A stretch of DNA of 64,000 nucleotides from Massalongia carnosa (lineage: Eukaryota): contig OZ287072.1 of NCBI GenBank assembly GCA_965645245.1, forward strand, positions 1,612,001 to 1,676,000, read 5' to 3'. Made by a program: the position numbers and the translations under genes. The notes under the pieces were generated by a model. The model made no database searches. It was not told the origin of the DNA and was given only the letters and a program-made list of their open reading frames with translations. Positions 1 to 13,746 of the stretch are shown here, in pieces; the stretch's first letter is position 1; every line of letters starts with the position of its first letter.

Positions 1-52
1 GCTCTCCCTGACCAGTTTCATAGAAGATGTTTCCAAGATCTGTATGTACCAT

Positions 53-1529
<1,477 letters not shown>

Positions 1530-2251
1530 GATCAAAGTGGCACTCGTAGGAGAAGATGATACTCGGAATGGAGTGCACTTCGTATGCTGTTGCGTTGCAG
1601 AAGAATATACGAGTCTGAAGGAGACGGGGTGGCTGGAAGCCTGGGATGATGATTTGGTTTACGTCCCTTTAGCTGCCTGATTACGTACACATTTTAGGTT
1701 CATAACCGTATCACCATGGCAATTTCAACCTCGGCACGAGGTACTCCGTGTAGAGTAAAATACACACCTAGGTTACCCATGTTGTAAATACACACCCATT
1801 TGCAGCATGCTAATTAGTAATTACCCAAGAAGAGGTAAAAGAGTCATATTCACAGTATTACGATATTATTTGAGTCGTTTTGCCGTAGTAAATTTTAGCG
1901 TATTGCAGATGGGGGTAAATACGAGTATCGGTCATCAAAACCTGAAACTCATCGATACATGATGGTTATGTACGGCGTAACTTCGAAACACTTCTTCGAT
2001 CATGGAATTTAGTCTCACGGTATTATGATCAAGGGAAGTGACAGATGGGGATTTAATTAGAGGTTATTTATGATGCTGGATGATGCATATCAACTGTGTA
2101 ACTAACCATTAGAGGTTATCTTGAATTCCGACGGCTGTGAAACTTTCTGGATTGCTACTGTTGACGAAAAGTGCTACCCTCCGATCCTCCCTCCACAGAG
2201 CCCCCTGGTGCGGCTCTTGCAAGTCTAGGTAGATACACAATCGCTCGTTAT

Positions 2252-3897
2252 TTATTTGTAAAAATCAAACCTAGCTGCTGCATTAGTAGATTCGTTGAAA
2301 ACGTTTCTGGAAGGAATGAATCTCACTTTTCTGCTTCCTGTGCGCCTTTGACTTGGCTTGAATACGCGTCCTCCAGGTCCGATTGAATGATATTGTACCT
2401 GTTCTTTCTTACAGCCCTTAGTCCAGCTTCTTGCATGATAGCGGCGATGATAGCTCCAGAAAGAGGATCATTGCGGATAATAAGAGAGTCAAGGTCGACT
2501 TCGGGTGACAACGACATCTTTGCTGAAATTGTAGTGAAGATTAATCTTCGCTCCCGACGATCTCGTAATGACGGAAACTCAATCTTTCGGTCAAGGCGTC
2601 CAGGCCTTAAAAGTGCTGGATCTAAGGTATCTGCTCGGTTTGTGGCCATGATGACCTTGACGTTGCTAGTCTGGTCGAATCCGTCCATTTGATTGAGTAA
2701 CTCGAGTAGAATGCGTTGAACCTCTCTGTCTGCGCCAGTCTGTGCATCGAAACGTTTTGTAGCTATTGCATCAATCTCATCGATGAAAATTATCGCTGGC
2801 GAGTTCTCTCGTGCCATCCGAAAGACGTCACGTACCATACGAGGGCCTATTAACCAAAATATTAGGATAATGTCTCTTAACTCTTCTTGAGCGGAAGTAC
2901 TTTCCCTCCCCTAAAAAAAATTAACATGAATTCTAGGCATGTTGAGCGGTTAATTAAATTACCTAAATATTTCTGAACGAACTCAGAACCAACGACACGT
3001 ATAAAATTTGCTGTGGTACTATTGGCAACCGCCTTCACAAGCATAGTTTTCCCAGTCCCTGGGGGACCGTAAAGCAAAACTCCACGAGGAGGATCAATCC
3101 CTATATATCATCAGCGGAGCTTAGATTCTGGAAACCGCTTGGGGCCAACCAATTTGCTTGTAAAGGTCGAAATGAGTGAGCGGCAACTCAACCGCCTCCC
3201 GGATTTCCTGTTTCTGCATGTCCAACCCTCCCACGTCGGCATAAGTAACATCAGGCTTTTCGTGAGCGCCTAGCATGGCTATTGAAGAGTCAGCTTCAGG
3301 AGGGAGGATATCAACCAGGGAATTCGAATGGCGATGAAGGGCGACTGAAGAGGATGGCTTAAGCTTCTCGCGGTCAAGTGTGGATAGTATGCGAACGACG
3401 TAGTTGGAACCAGTCGAGGACTGCACAATTCCAGTGCTGACATGGCTTCAGCCTCGATCAATCTAGAGAGGGCATGGAAAAGTGCCTTACTTTTGATCAA
3501 TAGCCTCCATGAACTGACCTATCACCAGAGGTACACTTTGTATGCGCTTGATCTCTTCCTGAGCACGAACCAGCTCCCGTTTGAGACTCCTAACCAAGAC
3601 CTCAGCATGCTATGCATATTATGCCCTCGATCAAAGCACAAGAGCTTACCTCTGTTCATCTTTGATATACTCCTCTTGCAGATTGATGTACCTATCAAAG
3701 TTCAGCAACCGCATCGGGAGGCCTTGGAATTGAGCGCACTCAAGATGTCTCTGGAGCTTTTTCAGCATCGAGTACTCATCACTGTCATCATTGCCGATGC
3801 CCTCCAGCGAGTCTATATTGGGTATCGAGTTTGACGGCGTAGGCTTTTTATGTGGCGGTAGCACGTTCATTGGGTTCTCCACTACCACGTCTCCCAT
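2252..3897 (-). CDS. RPT3: 26S proteasome AAA-ATPase regulatory subunit 6B (Rpt3)
   Basis: Walker A GPPGTGKT, Walker [27 protein letters not shown]-terminal FDFYK*; multi-exon including a 6-nt microexon at 2905-2910. Confidence 0.95.
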
Positions 3898-5272
3898 GAT
3901 GTGGGTAGCTGTACGCCGAAGTTTGCTTTAGATTCGTGTTCGGTGAGGTGTATCGTTAGTGTGTTGTTGAGTGTGTAACAATAAAAGCGACGTTCCTCGT
4001 TGAACAGGTCTCGATGCTACAGTCAATGCAAAGGTACTCTATAAGCCGTACCTGTCCGCTTAGGTATACCATATCGTGCATATGTAACAGAGGCAAATCC
4101 CTAGAAGGATGAAAGATTTGCCGTCCCGGAATCAATAATCCTAGCGCTTGGTTTTGATTGGGTCGTTTCGAATCCGAGGTTCCGGAACTGGTCGTGACCT
4201 GACCGCTGTACATTCAATATCTGTCTCTTCAAGTAACGCTAATATCGATGAAAATACTCCTTCATGGACTCGTAGTTGACGTGAAGTGACATCTATGTAG
4301 CATATCCTGGAGTTTTCGGGTGGAAACGAGCATGAAAGTCCTCGGGTGACAATCGTCGTTAATACTCACCACTGCCCAACCCCAACCTTTAGCGCAGACA
4401 CTAGCGAACATGTAACCTCACGGGACTTCTCTGGCTCAGCGACTTGGCGAAAGGCATTCACGATACGATGATCTGATCCGCTAACCAAACCCGCCTCTAC
4501 TGATCAAGGAACGAGTTCTAATTTGTGGACGAGACAGGAAAAATAACTCTGCCTTTGCCATTAGGTACGTTGCGTTATTTGATCCTTCTGACCTTCTTCC
4601 ATACGCTTTTGCATCGCGCGCTGCTGCAGTTGCGATCGGATTCCCCATCTTCGCGCAACTTGTTTTCCTCCCAAGGGGGGGGGCTGGTACGGATAGACCG
4701 ACCGATCAGCCCTCTTGCTTGGATTCGAACATTCGAACGCTGTGTGTGTTTGGTGTCTCCGACGCGACCTGCTGCCTTACCTTCCCACCCCCCGTCATAT
4801 TTATGTGTTGGATGAGAGACACTAATACTCATCATCATCATTGTTCGGGATGGCTGATGATAATCTTTAACATGGCAGGTTTTAGCCATGTAAGCCTCTC
4901 ACCGTGTTCCGATCGCGATTCCGCATTAATGGGTTATTATTCACTCCAGCAAGCCGGTATACTGCAATCTCAGGTACGCTCTCCTGTATGCGGCTGATGC
5001 CAGTATTATTTTGCGTGCTTTGCGTGTGGATTTCCTTTCCTTTGCCTTGCCTAAATACTTCGAACCCCCCTCCAGCGCCTCGCGCCGTCGCCTGCTCACG
5101 CATGTCATCGTCCATCCCTGTGGTTCCTTCTAATGCAAGACTATTCCCCTATGCTTTGGATTTCTGTGAATCACTTGCGCCGTCTCCCACTCTACGTGGA
5201 CATAGGCGCTCCACGTGGTCAAAATGCTGATAAGCAAGCCTTGTCACAGATGGGTCGCTGCAAAGTCTCGAT

Positions 5273-8200
5273 ATGAGTATGCCCACTTGGCTCAACGACG
5301 TCCAAGCTCTTCCCAGCACTGAAAATGGAGCTTTCGCCTCCACCGCCGACTCCTCGACTGCATTTATGCAAGCTCCTATCACCGGCTCCTTCGACTTCAA
5401 TCAGGTGCAGAGCCATCAGCTACAAGAGCGTCTGCAGAATGGCAACGCGCGAAACGGCTCCCCTGCCTTCAATAGCCCCATTTATCAAACCCAGCCTGTG
5501 GTACCTTCGAAACGGCCGCGGCCAAGGGAAGATAGCTTGGGGGCCTCCCCTCGCCAAAATCCTACAAATCTACCAGGTTCGCGATCGCAAACACCGCAAT
5601 TGCCGCCATACCCCGGGTTTCAAGGCACCGTCAACGGCCGTCATCAGTTCCAAACACCTACACCGTTTCAGCACTTGCAGCATGCGGGTACCTCGGCGAG
5701 CATCTCGCCGGTCATACAGAATCAAACGTTTACCCCTCAGAGCGGAGCTCAACGAATGCCAACGACATCACCATCACCGTTTTCGTCTACAATCCAAACA
5801 TTTGCTTCTCAAGCATCTCCCTCCCACTCTGAGCATGGTAGCCGAGTCACCACTCCTCAGAATGGAGGCCAACCATACACGCAGAACCTGCCATATACTG
5901 GCGGTTCGAATCAACCCTTCACCCCCCCTGTTGGACCTAATAGCACCGGTGCAACTTCTTTACAATATAATCACAACCCCCAGACTCTCGAGAGGCAAAG
6001 GATGTATGAGATGCGTATGAGGCAGATTCAAGCAAACAATGCTGCCGTACCAAATCGAAATCAAGTTGGCGCGCCAATTCCAGCACCGAGTTCTTCAACC
6101 CCAATGTCCGCTGCTTATCAGATGGGTTTAGCTCGCCAACAACAAACTCAACATTCTGCACGGAATATTAATCCAGACCAGTTCGCACGTGGTATTGCAC
6201 AATGGATGCAGCAGCGAAACATGACGTTAGATATCCACCCGACCGTGACGGGGCGACCTTTTCATGTGTTGCATCTATTTACTACCGTTATAAGGCTAGG
6301 TGGTTCAAAAACTGTCACAGAAGCGTCGCAATGGACCGATATCGCCAAGCTATTGCATGTTCCACAAGCTCAGCTATCGACTGCAGCTCATGAACTACAA
6401 AACTACTGGCATGTCAACCTATCTGCCTATGAGACCTTCTGGCAGCAAAATCAACGACAACGTATTATGAGCGAACGAGTGCGAAGCTCGCAAAACGTCC
6501 AAAGTGGGGACATGTCCAACATACAAGGCCAATTTTCTCCCGTGAGACAGGCTGAATCTCAAATTTCTGAACAGCAAAGGCAGCCGATGCTACATGCACC
6601 ATCGCAGCTACCAAGCGAATTCCACACTCCTCCAAAACCTGTTAATCCCCACGCACAGGACGCATTCCAATTTAAGCAGAACGGGTATCCTCCCCCCCAA
6701 GGAGGCCAATTCCCCAGTGGACAATCCAATAAATTCTCACTCTCTCAGCCTGGAGCAAATGTACCAATATATAGGAGAACTCAATCATCTGGAGTGAGAA
6801 CAGGTTTAAATTCAATCAAAAAGGAATTCCCTAGACATTCGGATAACGCGGTCGAAATGCCCCGAATCGCTCCGTTACCTGAAATGTATAAGCCCCTTGC
6901 GGAGCCTCTGGAGAAAAGAAAAGGTCTGTCTCAGGCTCACGGTGGCATTCAAGCGCTTGATTGGGCCCCAGTTGTTGATGAGCTCCTAGAAGCCAAGCCC
7001 AATGTGCCCGCAATCCACGAGCTCGGAGTGATCGATGTTCGAGCTTTGACCATGTCACTTCGCTCAGGTATCCATGCAGAAGTCCGTCTTGCTCTTGACA
7101 CCTTGGCTGCTCTTTCAAATCGGATGGATTCACCAACGTTAGATTTGGAAGACTGCGAAGACCTTATCGAAGTTCTTATTGAGTGCGCAGAAGATCAAGT
7201 AGAGGTGCTTGCGGAGAACGCTGCCGAGGTCTCCGATGCCATGTTAATCAGCTCGTACGAGGAGATTGTCCGAGGTTGCAGGGTTGAGGTAAATTCCTTA
7301 CAAGAGGTGCATGAGTTTGGGACGCTCGAATGCGAGCTTGATCGTTCGGTGGAGAGGCTCATCTGTATTACGACGATAATAAGGAATCTTTCATTCACAC
7401 CGGTCAATCAAAGGCTTTTGGCTGAACCTATTGTGGTCAAGTTCATGACAGGCGTGATCCGATATCTTGGTACTCGAAATATGCTCCTTCGAAGTCAGAG
7501 GAACACACTTGATTTTACCAAAGATGCGGTTATCTATTTCAGCAACGTAGCTCAAGCTATCGATTTACCTGGGAAGGAGGAAGCGCTTTGTATCCTTCAC
7601 TTCCTATTATCCTTCGCGCCCTCCCCTCCGCCAACCACCAACGGTGACGAAGACGTCAGTTTTGCACCATACAACCCTACAGTTCATCGCTACTTTCCAC
7701 CAGCCGTTGACAGTCTTGCGAAGCTGCTCGCTAGGGATGATCCAAACCGGACTTTCTACAGAGGAATTTTTGCCGCAGAGTGTGCGTCAATGCCGCCCCA
7801 CGATCTGCTTACCCGCACTTTTGGGCTTGCTATTGCTCCAATGCCTGAGTACCGCCAGATAAACCTTCTCGCTATTATTGAAGCTCGGAAGGCATATCTT
7901 GCCCAGGGGCTGCTGGCTGCAGAAATCCTTGCAGGCTTGATTCCAAGCTCGGAACATGGGCTTGCACGGTCATGGCTTTCTTCTCAGGATGGCTTTGCAC
8001 CAAACTTAGTGAAGATTGTCTCCGCGTTAGCACAACGCGTCTCTCATGAACGTCAGCGAAACCCTATCACAGGGGGATTCTATGATGCTGATTTTCTCGG
8101 CTACAATACAATCACTTTCCGTGGGATAGCTGTGCTTCGAAAGCTGGCAGAGAAGGCTAAAGACGTTGAAGGTCATGTGAATGCGCTACCACCCGGAATT

Positions 8201-8299
8201 CTACCACGGAAGGAGAGCTTGCTTGGGTCGCTTCTGAGCCCAAAGTTGGATGTCGATGTCATACGGCAACTTTGTAATTATTCAGTGTTGGAGGATTGA
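5273..8299 (+). CDS. SWI1: SWI/SNF ARID-domain subunit (Swi1/Sol1, ARID1-like)
   Basis: 1008-aa ORF; Q/S/P-rich N-terminus, ARID-like segment (LHLFTTVIRLGG...W..IAKLL), C-terminal ARM-like region (ALTMSLRSGIHAEVRLALDTL, IIRNLSF). Confidence 0.85.
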   Translation: MSMPTWLNDVQALPSTENGAFASTADSSTAFMQAPITGSFDFNQVQSHQLQERLQNGNARNGSPAFNSPIYQTQPVVPSKRPRPREDSLGASPRQNPTNLPGSRSQTPQLPPYPGFQGTVNGRHQFQTPTPFQHLQHAGTSASISPVIQNQTFTPQSGAQRMPTTSPSPFSSTIQTFASQASPSHSEHGSRVTTPQNGGQPYTQNLPYTGGSNQPFTPPVGPNSTGATSLQYNHNPQTLERQRMYEMRMRQIQANNAAVPNRNQVGAPIPAPSSSTPMSAAYQMGLARQQQTQHSARNINPDQFARGIAQWMQQRNMTLDIHPTVTGRPFHVLHLFTTVIRLGGSKTVTEASQWTDIAKLLHVPQAQLSTAAHELQNYWHVNLSAYETFWQQNQRQRIMSERVRSSQNVQSGDMSNIQGQFSPVRQAESQISEQQRQPMLHAPSQLPSEFHTPPKPVNPHAQDAFQFKQNGYPPPQGGQFPSGQSNKFSLSQPGANVPIYRRTQSSGVRTGLNSIKKEFPRHSDNAVEMPRIAPLPEMYKPLAEPLEKRKGLSQAHGGIQALDWAPVVDELLEAKPNVPAIHELGVIDVRALTMSLRSGIHAEVRLALDTLAALSNRMDSPTLDLEDCEDLIEVLIECAEDQVEVLAENAAEVSDAMLISSYEEIVRGCRVEVNSLQEVHEFGTLECELDRSVERLICITTIIRNLSFTPVNQRLLAEPIVVKFMTGVIRYLGTRNMLLRSQRNTLDFTKDAVIYFSNVAQAIDLPGKEEALCILHFLLSFAPSPPPTTNGDEDVSFAPYNPTVHRYFPPAVDSLAKLLARDDPNRTFYRGIFAAECASMPPHDLLTRTFGLAIAPMPEYRQINLLAIIEARKAYLAQGLLAAEILAGLIPSSEHGLARSWLSSQDGFAPNLVKIVSALAQRVSHERQRNPITGGFYDADFLGYNTITFRGIAVLRKLAEKAKDVEGHVNALPPGILPRKESLLGSLLSPKLDVDVIRQLCNYSVLED

Positions 8300-8545
8300 A
8301 CTTGTGTGCGGCATCGGGTAGGGGGACGTAGAAGGGGTACATGGCGGCTCGGCGCTGTTACGAGCCCCAGAGCGCGTCTGTGGATAGGAAGGCCTGTTTT
8401 TGGGCTATACGGGACGAGGCATGGTATCGGCCATGCAGCAAGTGGCTTGGATAGCATTTCAAGTTTTGCTGTACGTTGTATAGAAAGCTATCGCTGTACA
8501 TTTTGGCTACGACATTTACACAGCTTCAAAGCATGAAGGCTCTTA

Positions 8546-9067
8546 TCAAAACCGCAGTTGCTCCAGAAACCCCCAGACCTCCTTTTTTTTCCATCCCTGA
8601 TTGCGCCGAATATCAATTAGTCTTGAGCAAACAGCGGTTGCTTCTTATTCATGATCGGGGTGCTACCAACCTTGATGATGATATGCCTTGTCAACTGATT
8701 GACCGCAATCTCCTTCTCGTTCAATCCCAGCGCTCGCTGCACGTCATCCTTCAGCGTCATTATGTTCCCGTCGATTTTCCCGATTTTGGTTTGATGTAAA
8801 TTCCCGCCGCGTTTGGCCAGGTGGTAGACAGGTAGCTGTTGCGAGGCGGTGCGATGAACATGGTACGATAAAGTAGGAAGGGATTCTTCGGCCAACGGCG
8901 TTACGACTGTTGCTTGGATTATCAGCTAGTTTTTCCCTCTTGGATCGCAGAAGGAGACGCCTGCCATCATTTCTCAGGCATGATGCGGTTGATACTCGTC
9001 GAAGATGATGGAGATATCTAGGGAGAGGGAGCGAACGAAGGAATGGCAAGTATATTGATGAAGCCAT
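8546..9067 (-). CDS. IMG2: Mitochondrial ribosomal protein mL49 (Img2)
   Basis: YHVHRTASQQLPVY...TKIGKIDGNIMTLKDDV...HIIIK joined to last exon GWKKKEVWGFLEQLRF*; Arg/Leu-rich presequence from ATG 9067. First intron boundaries are uncertain. Confidence 0.8.
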
Positions 9068-9373
9068 GGGGTCTACTTCATAAAGGCATCATTTGGAGTT
9101 TTATCCTTATGAGTTGCAGGCTCGCCCATGCAAGGTTCGTTACGTTGGTTGTATACAGCGTACGGAGTTTCGGTTTGACGACGATCATAGGGCTGAAACT
9201 AAGTCTGAACGCACACTAACTCCAAATCGTTTTCATCATATTGAGTAAGTTAGATACGGCTGTGCGGCAGCATTTCATGTCCACGGAACCGCTCGTGACT
9301 GACTGACTGACCGTTCTTCTTCGAACACCCGCAATTTTACTCTTCTGCATAAGGATTTTTCGTTCTGTTGATC

Positions 9374-11027
9374 ATGGCGGACAAAACACCCATCTCAGCA
9401 GAGACAATACTCAATGGCAAAGCCCCCCCAGCTCAAAGGACCCCGGCAGAGATCACCGCAGAATATGACCTCCTACCTAAGCTGATCCCCAACCTCGATC
9501 GGCATTTGATTTTTCCTTTACTTGAATTTTTCTCGGGCCAAGAGGGTGATGACAGCCCCGAAATCACGAGAACGAAATATGAACTTCTCAAGCAGACGAA
9601 CATGACCGACTACGTCGCAAGTCTGTGGCAGGAGATAAACGACAGCGATGAGGTACCTGAAGAATTTGTCAAGAAGCGGGAGGAGGTTCTTCAACGATTG
9701 TCCTTGTTCACCGAGGAGACTAGCAAAATTGACGAGCTCCTCGGGGACGATAGTGTGGTGTCGAATCTCCGCAGCGACAAGGTCGCAAACTTAAAGTTCC
9801 TGGAGCAGCAGCATGGCGTTACAATCGAGATGGTGGACATGCTCTACGACTATGGCCGGTTTCAGTATAGCTGCGGCAGCTATGCTAACGCCGCTCACCT
9901 CCTCGACCAGTTCCGCATCCTTTCCACTGACAATGATAAAGCCGCCTCTGCCACATGGGGGAAACTAGCCTCGGACATCCTAACCACGAGCTGGGAAGTA
10001 GTGATGGAGGAGGTGAACAAGGTCAAGGACTCCATCGAGACGAAACTCTTCAACAACCCGTTGGCGCAGCTTGAGCACCGCACCTGGCTCATCCACTGGG
10101 CCCTCTTCCCCTTCTTCAACTATGACCCGGCCCGCGATACCATCACCGACATGTTCTTCTCCGCCCCGTTCATCAATACCATCCAGACCAACTGCCCCTG
10201 GATTCTCCGCTACCTCGCCGCGGCCGTCATTACAAACCGCAGCCGCACGCGCAATACGGGCCAGTACCAGAAGCAACTGAAAGACCTGGTGCGCGTGGTT
10301 AGGCAGGAAGGTTACGAGTACCGGGACCCTGTCACCGACTTTATCCAAGCACTGTACATTGACTTCGACTTCGAGGAGGCGCAGAAGAAACTCAGCGAGG
10401 CGGAGGAGGTGCTAAAGGGAGATTTCTTCCTCTCGTCCGCGGCGGAGGCCTTCGTGGAGGCCGCGAGGCATCTGATTTCTGAATCGTACTGCAAGATACA
10501 TCAGCGGATAGACATCAAGTGCGTCCCCCTCCCAACTCTCGATCTCGATTCTCTTCATTTTCCCCACCGCGGGGTGCAATACGCATGGTTTTCCTAAATG
10601 CGCACAGGGACTTGTCCGCCCGCCTGGGCCTAAACCAGGACGAAGGCGAGAAGTGGATCGTCAATCTGATCCGCGACACGCGAATGGACGGCAAACTCGA
10701 CTACCAGGAGGGCACGGTGCTGATGAACCATCCGGCCAATTCGGTCTATCAACAGGTATTATTCCAAATGCATCCCCGGTGAGGCGATAGCATACGCTCT
10801 CGAGATCTCCTTTTCTGTTCGGTCGATTCGGTCGGCTAATCTCTACCCTCCCCCTCCCCCTTTAGGTCATCGAGCGCACCAAGGGAAGCTTCTTCCGCAC
10901 CTCGGTGCTCAGGTACGTAACGCTTCCCTCAGTTCTTTTCACGGGCGCCTTTCGGTCGTTCTCCCTCTTTCTCCGCCGCTGATAGATACTTCTTGTCTGT
11001 GACCGTAGCGCCGCCGTGGCGAAATGA
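9374..11027 (+). CDS. INT6: Translation initiation factor eIF3 subunit e (Int6)
   Basis: [35 protein letters not shown] domain ([19 protein letters not shown]); three 3' GT-AG introns, ends SAAVAK*. Confidence 0.93.
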
Positions 11028-11411
11028 TTTAGTATACCTTCTGACCCACCCTTACGAAACCTGGCGGGGCTGGCGTTCAGGGGAGTTTTCTTGCAGCCGG
11101 TTAGGGAAGGCTTGCTTGCTTGCTTGGACTGTTCGGTGCCTGTTGTGGGTGAAAAGCATAGTGTAGCGAGGCGCGGAGGACTTTAGAAGCGCGTGCACGG
11201 GGATTTTGACGGTGCTTCCGACGACCACATACATATATATCTCACCCAAGCCACGCGCTCAACAACCGTGGCCTAGGGTATGGGTCTCCAAGCACGGGCA
11301 GGGAAGAAACCCATCCCCCCCCCCGGGGAGAAAACGGGGTTATTTTTCTTTTATTTCTAGAAAATTGCCCCCTATTGTTCCGGAAAAGTCCCCAAATCAG
11401 CTAGCAGGAAG

Positions 11412-11642
11412 AGTGGAGTGGAGTGCAGTGGAGTAGAGCGAGCGAGCGAAGTGTTCTCGAGCGCTCAGCTCCGTAAGGTTCAGAAAGCTACCAATTTTCG
11501 CCACATGTCCGCTCCCGGATAAGTAACTAGCTAGCTAGCTAGATTACTTACCTACTTACCTACATCCTCCATCATCATCATCATCATCATCAACCTCCCC
11601 CTTATGAAGCACACCCCTTCCCCCCCCCCCCCAAAAAAAAAG
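11412..11642. repeat. Low-complexity/microsatellite cluster between convergent genes: (GTGGA)n, (GAGC)n, (CTAG)n, (CAT)~7, poly-C/poly-A
   Basis: Directly visible short tandem repeats. Confidence 0.8.
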
Positions 11643-12021
11643 TCAACGGGAAAACGCGCGAAAGATACAGATGAGTATTCTAGGACAGTCCCCCGTGCAC
11701 CCGAAACCCCCCTTAATCCGCTTAGGTATATCATGCATGCATGCAAGCCTATCCATCCCCTCCGTTGCGGTCGTCCAAAGAAATTAGATGTGCACCTTAT
11801 CCTAACGAAAATGCTATGCGGTTCCGAAGCCAATGTTTCCGTTTCCCGGATTCGTGACCTTGTGCCCAGGGGTGGTCGTCATGGTGTGGAGTATCAGATC
11901 GAATCGAATCCGTAGAAATCAACCTTCTTTGAACTAACCTAGTGATCGTGCAAGAAAGATACAAGAATTGAGAATCGTAATTCCCGTCCCCCTCCCCCCC
12001 CCTTCAACAAAAATCTCAATC

Positions 12022-13746
12022 TTATACTTTTCGTGCCAGCCCAAACCCAGCAAGACTCACCCTCGCCGCCACAAACACCGTGCTACCCGCTAACATCATC
12101 ATGCCGCAAAAAATCTGCAAATACAGATACCTACCCCCCTCCTTAGCGTTCAGCGCGCCCCCGATCGGGCTCCCCGCCAGCGCCGCCAAGCTGATGACGG
12201 CGAACATGGTGCCCGTGCGCATGCCAATCTGGCGGATGTCGGAGATCTGCGCGATCAGCGCGGGGGCCAAGGAGACGAAGGCGCCGCTGCTAAAGCCGTA
12301 AAAGGCGGAGAAGAGGATCAAGGGGACGTTACCGCGCGCGGGGATCCACAGGGCGAGCACGAGGATGGCGGAGAAATATGAGGTCACGACCATGGTGTTG
12401 AAGCGGCCAAGGCGGTCGGCGATAAAGCCAGGGATCGTGCGGCCGAATATGGAGACTAGTGTGCGGGACGAGGCTTTAGTTTTGCTACCGGCAGTAGGGC
12501 GGGATTTGAGGTGAAAAGGAAGGTGAGCGCTTTTGAACTTACCGGCGTTCAGGATAGAGACGAGGTAGCCTGCGAGAGCAGGGGCCATGCCGTAGTATTC
12601 CGCTTCCAGAATCACGTAGGTGAAAGGAAGGAACATGCCGAAAAAGAAAAAGAACGCGGCGATGACGACTAACGCGTAGGGAAGCTCACGCAGGGGATCG
12701 ACAAACTCGCGGAAACTCCAGGGCTTCGGGGTCGGAGGCAGGCGCGATTTGACAGTCAGGTTGGCGAAGATAAGCAGCCCGAGGATCAAAAAGGCGGACA
12801 TGCGCATCGACCACGCAAAGCCGACTTCCGCCACGAGTTTCTTGATCATGATTGGAAATATCACCCCACCGAGGGAGCTCCCAGACGCCATCACGCCGAA
12901 AGCGAGGGCTCGGTTTTTGTGAAACCATGTTCCTACGCTGTTCATGGCAGGATAGAACACCATTGAAGAGCCGAGGGGAGAGCAGATGCCTGCGATGGGG
13001 TAAGCAGGAGGCATTGTCAAGGTTTTAGGGATTCACTACCTTGCGATAGAATAAATTGGTAGTAGGTCGAGCTATGGAGAGATCAGCTTTGTGCGTTTCG
13101 AAGTGAACGCATAGGGGAGGATCGGCATCACCTCAATGAAGCCATCATCAGACCAAAAACGTGGAGAAAGGTTCCCACCAGAAGGAGATAACGAGGGCCA
13201 TAGCGATCGTACAGTTTGCCCCAGACCGGCCCCTGTACATTAGTTCAGCGTGTGTTTCACATATTCTCGAGTGCAGTTGCAAACACCTACTCCTACAAAC
13301 ATCATGAAGACCTCCAACGATGGAATCCATGATATCGTGCTCGGGGCCAGATTCTTCAGTTGATGCGTCTGGTAATAGGCTTGGAAGACGCCAATACCTA
13401 AAGGAGACATCCAATCAGCCCGTGAATCTTAGAACCGAGGAGGCATGCTTGGCTCACAGTTGATCCATCCGAAACTACAGAAAAGACAGCAGAATGCACC
13501 TGCTACCACCAGCCATGCTTCAAAGCCACCGTCTGGGAAAGATTTGGGGTCATTCAAGCCTGGCTTTGTAGACATCTGCTCCACCTCTGCCTTCTCGAGG
13601 TCCACAGCCAGGGGCTCGTCAGCCGGGTTTAGCATGACGTTTGCGTCTGTTATGACAGCAGCATAGTCACGTATCAGGCCTGGCTTCTCTCCAGACGATT
13701 TCCTGCTCTCCGCGATAGTTGAAGACGAAGCGCTAGGTAAAACCAT
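12022..13746 (-). CDS. MFS transporter, monocarboxylate porter (Mch-like) family
   Basis: [16 protein letters not shown]...[32 protein letters not shown]; about 12 hydrophobic segments; five GT-AG introns. Confidence 0.9.

Noticed and set aside
1757..1830. Short direct repeats AAATACACACC and TTACCCA upstream of PEP4
   Set aside because: Could be a TIR remnant, but no matching inverted partner was found.
5325..6020. Long alternative-frame and antisense ORFs (e.g. 5325-6020, 23613-24188, 20499-21005)
   Set aside because: Shadow ORFs overlapping well-supported genes, with no recognisable motifs.
5273..6200. Swi1 Q/N-rich region as a prion domain
   Set aside because: Low-complexity N-termini are normal for this family, and it lacks the extreme Asn tract of yeast Swi1.
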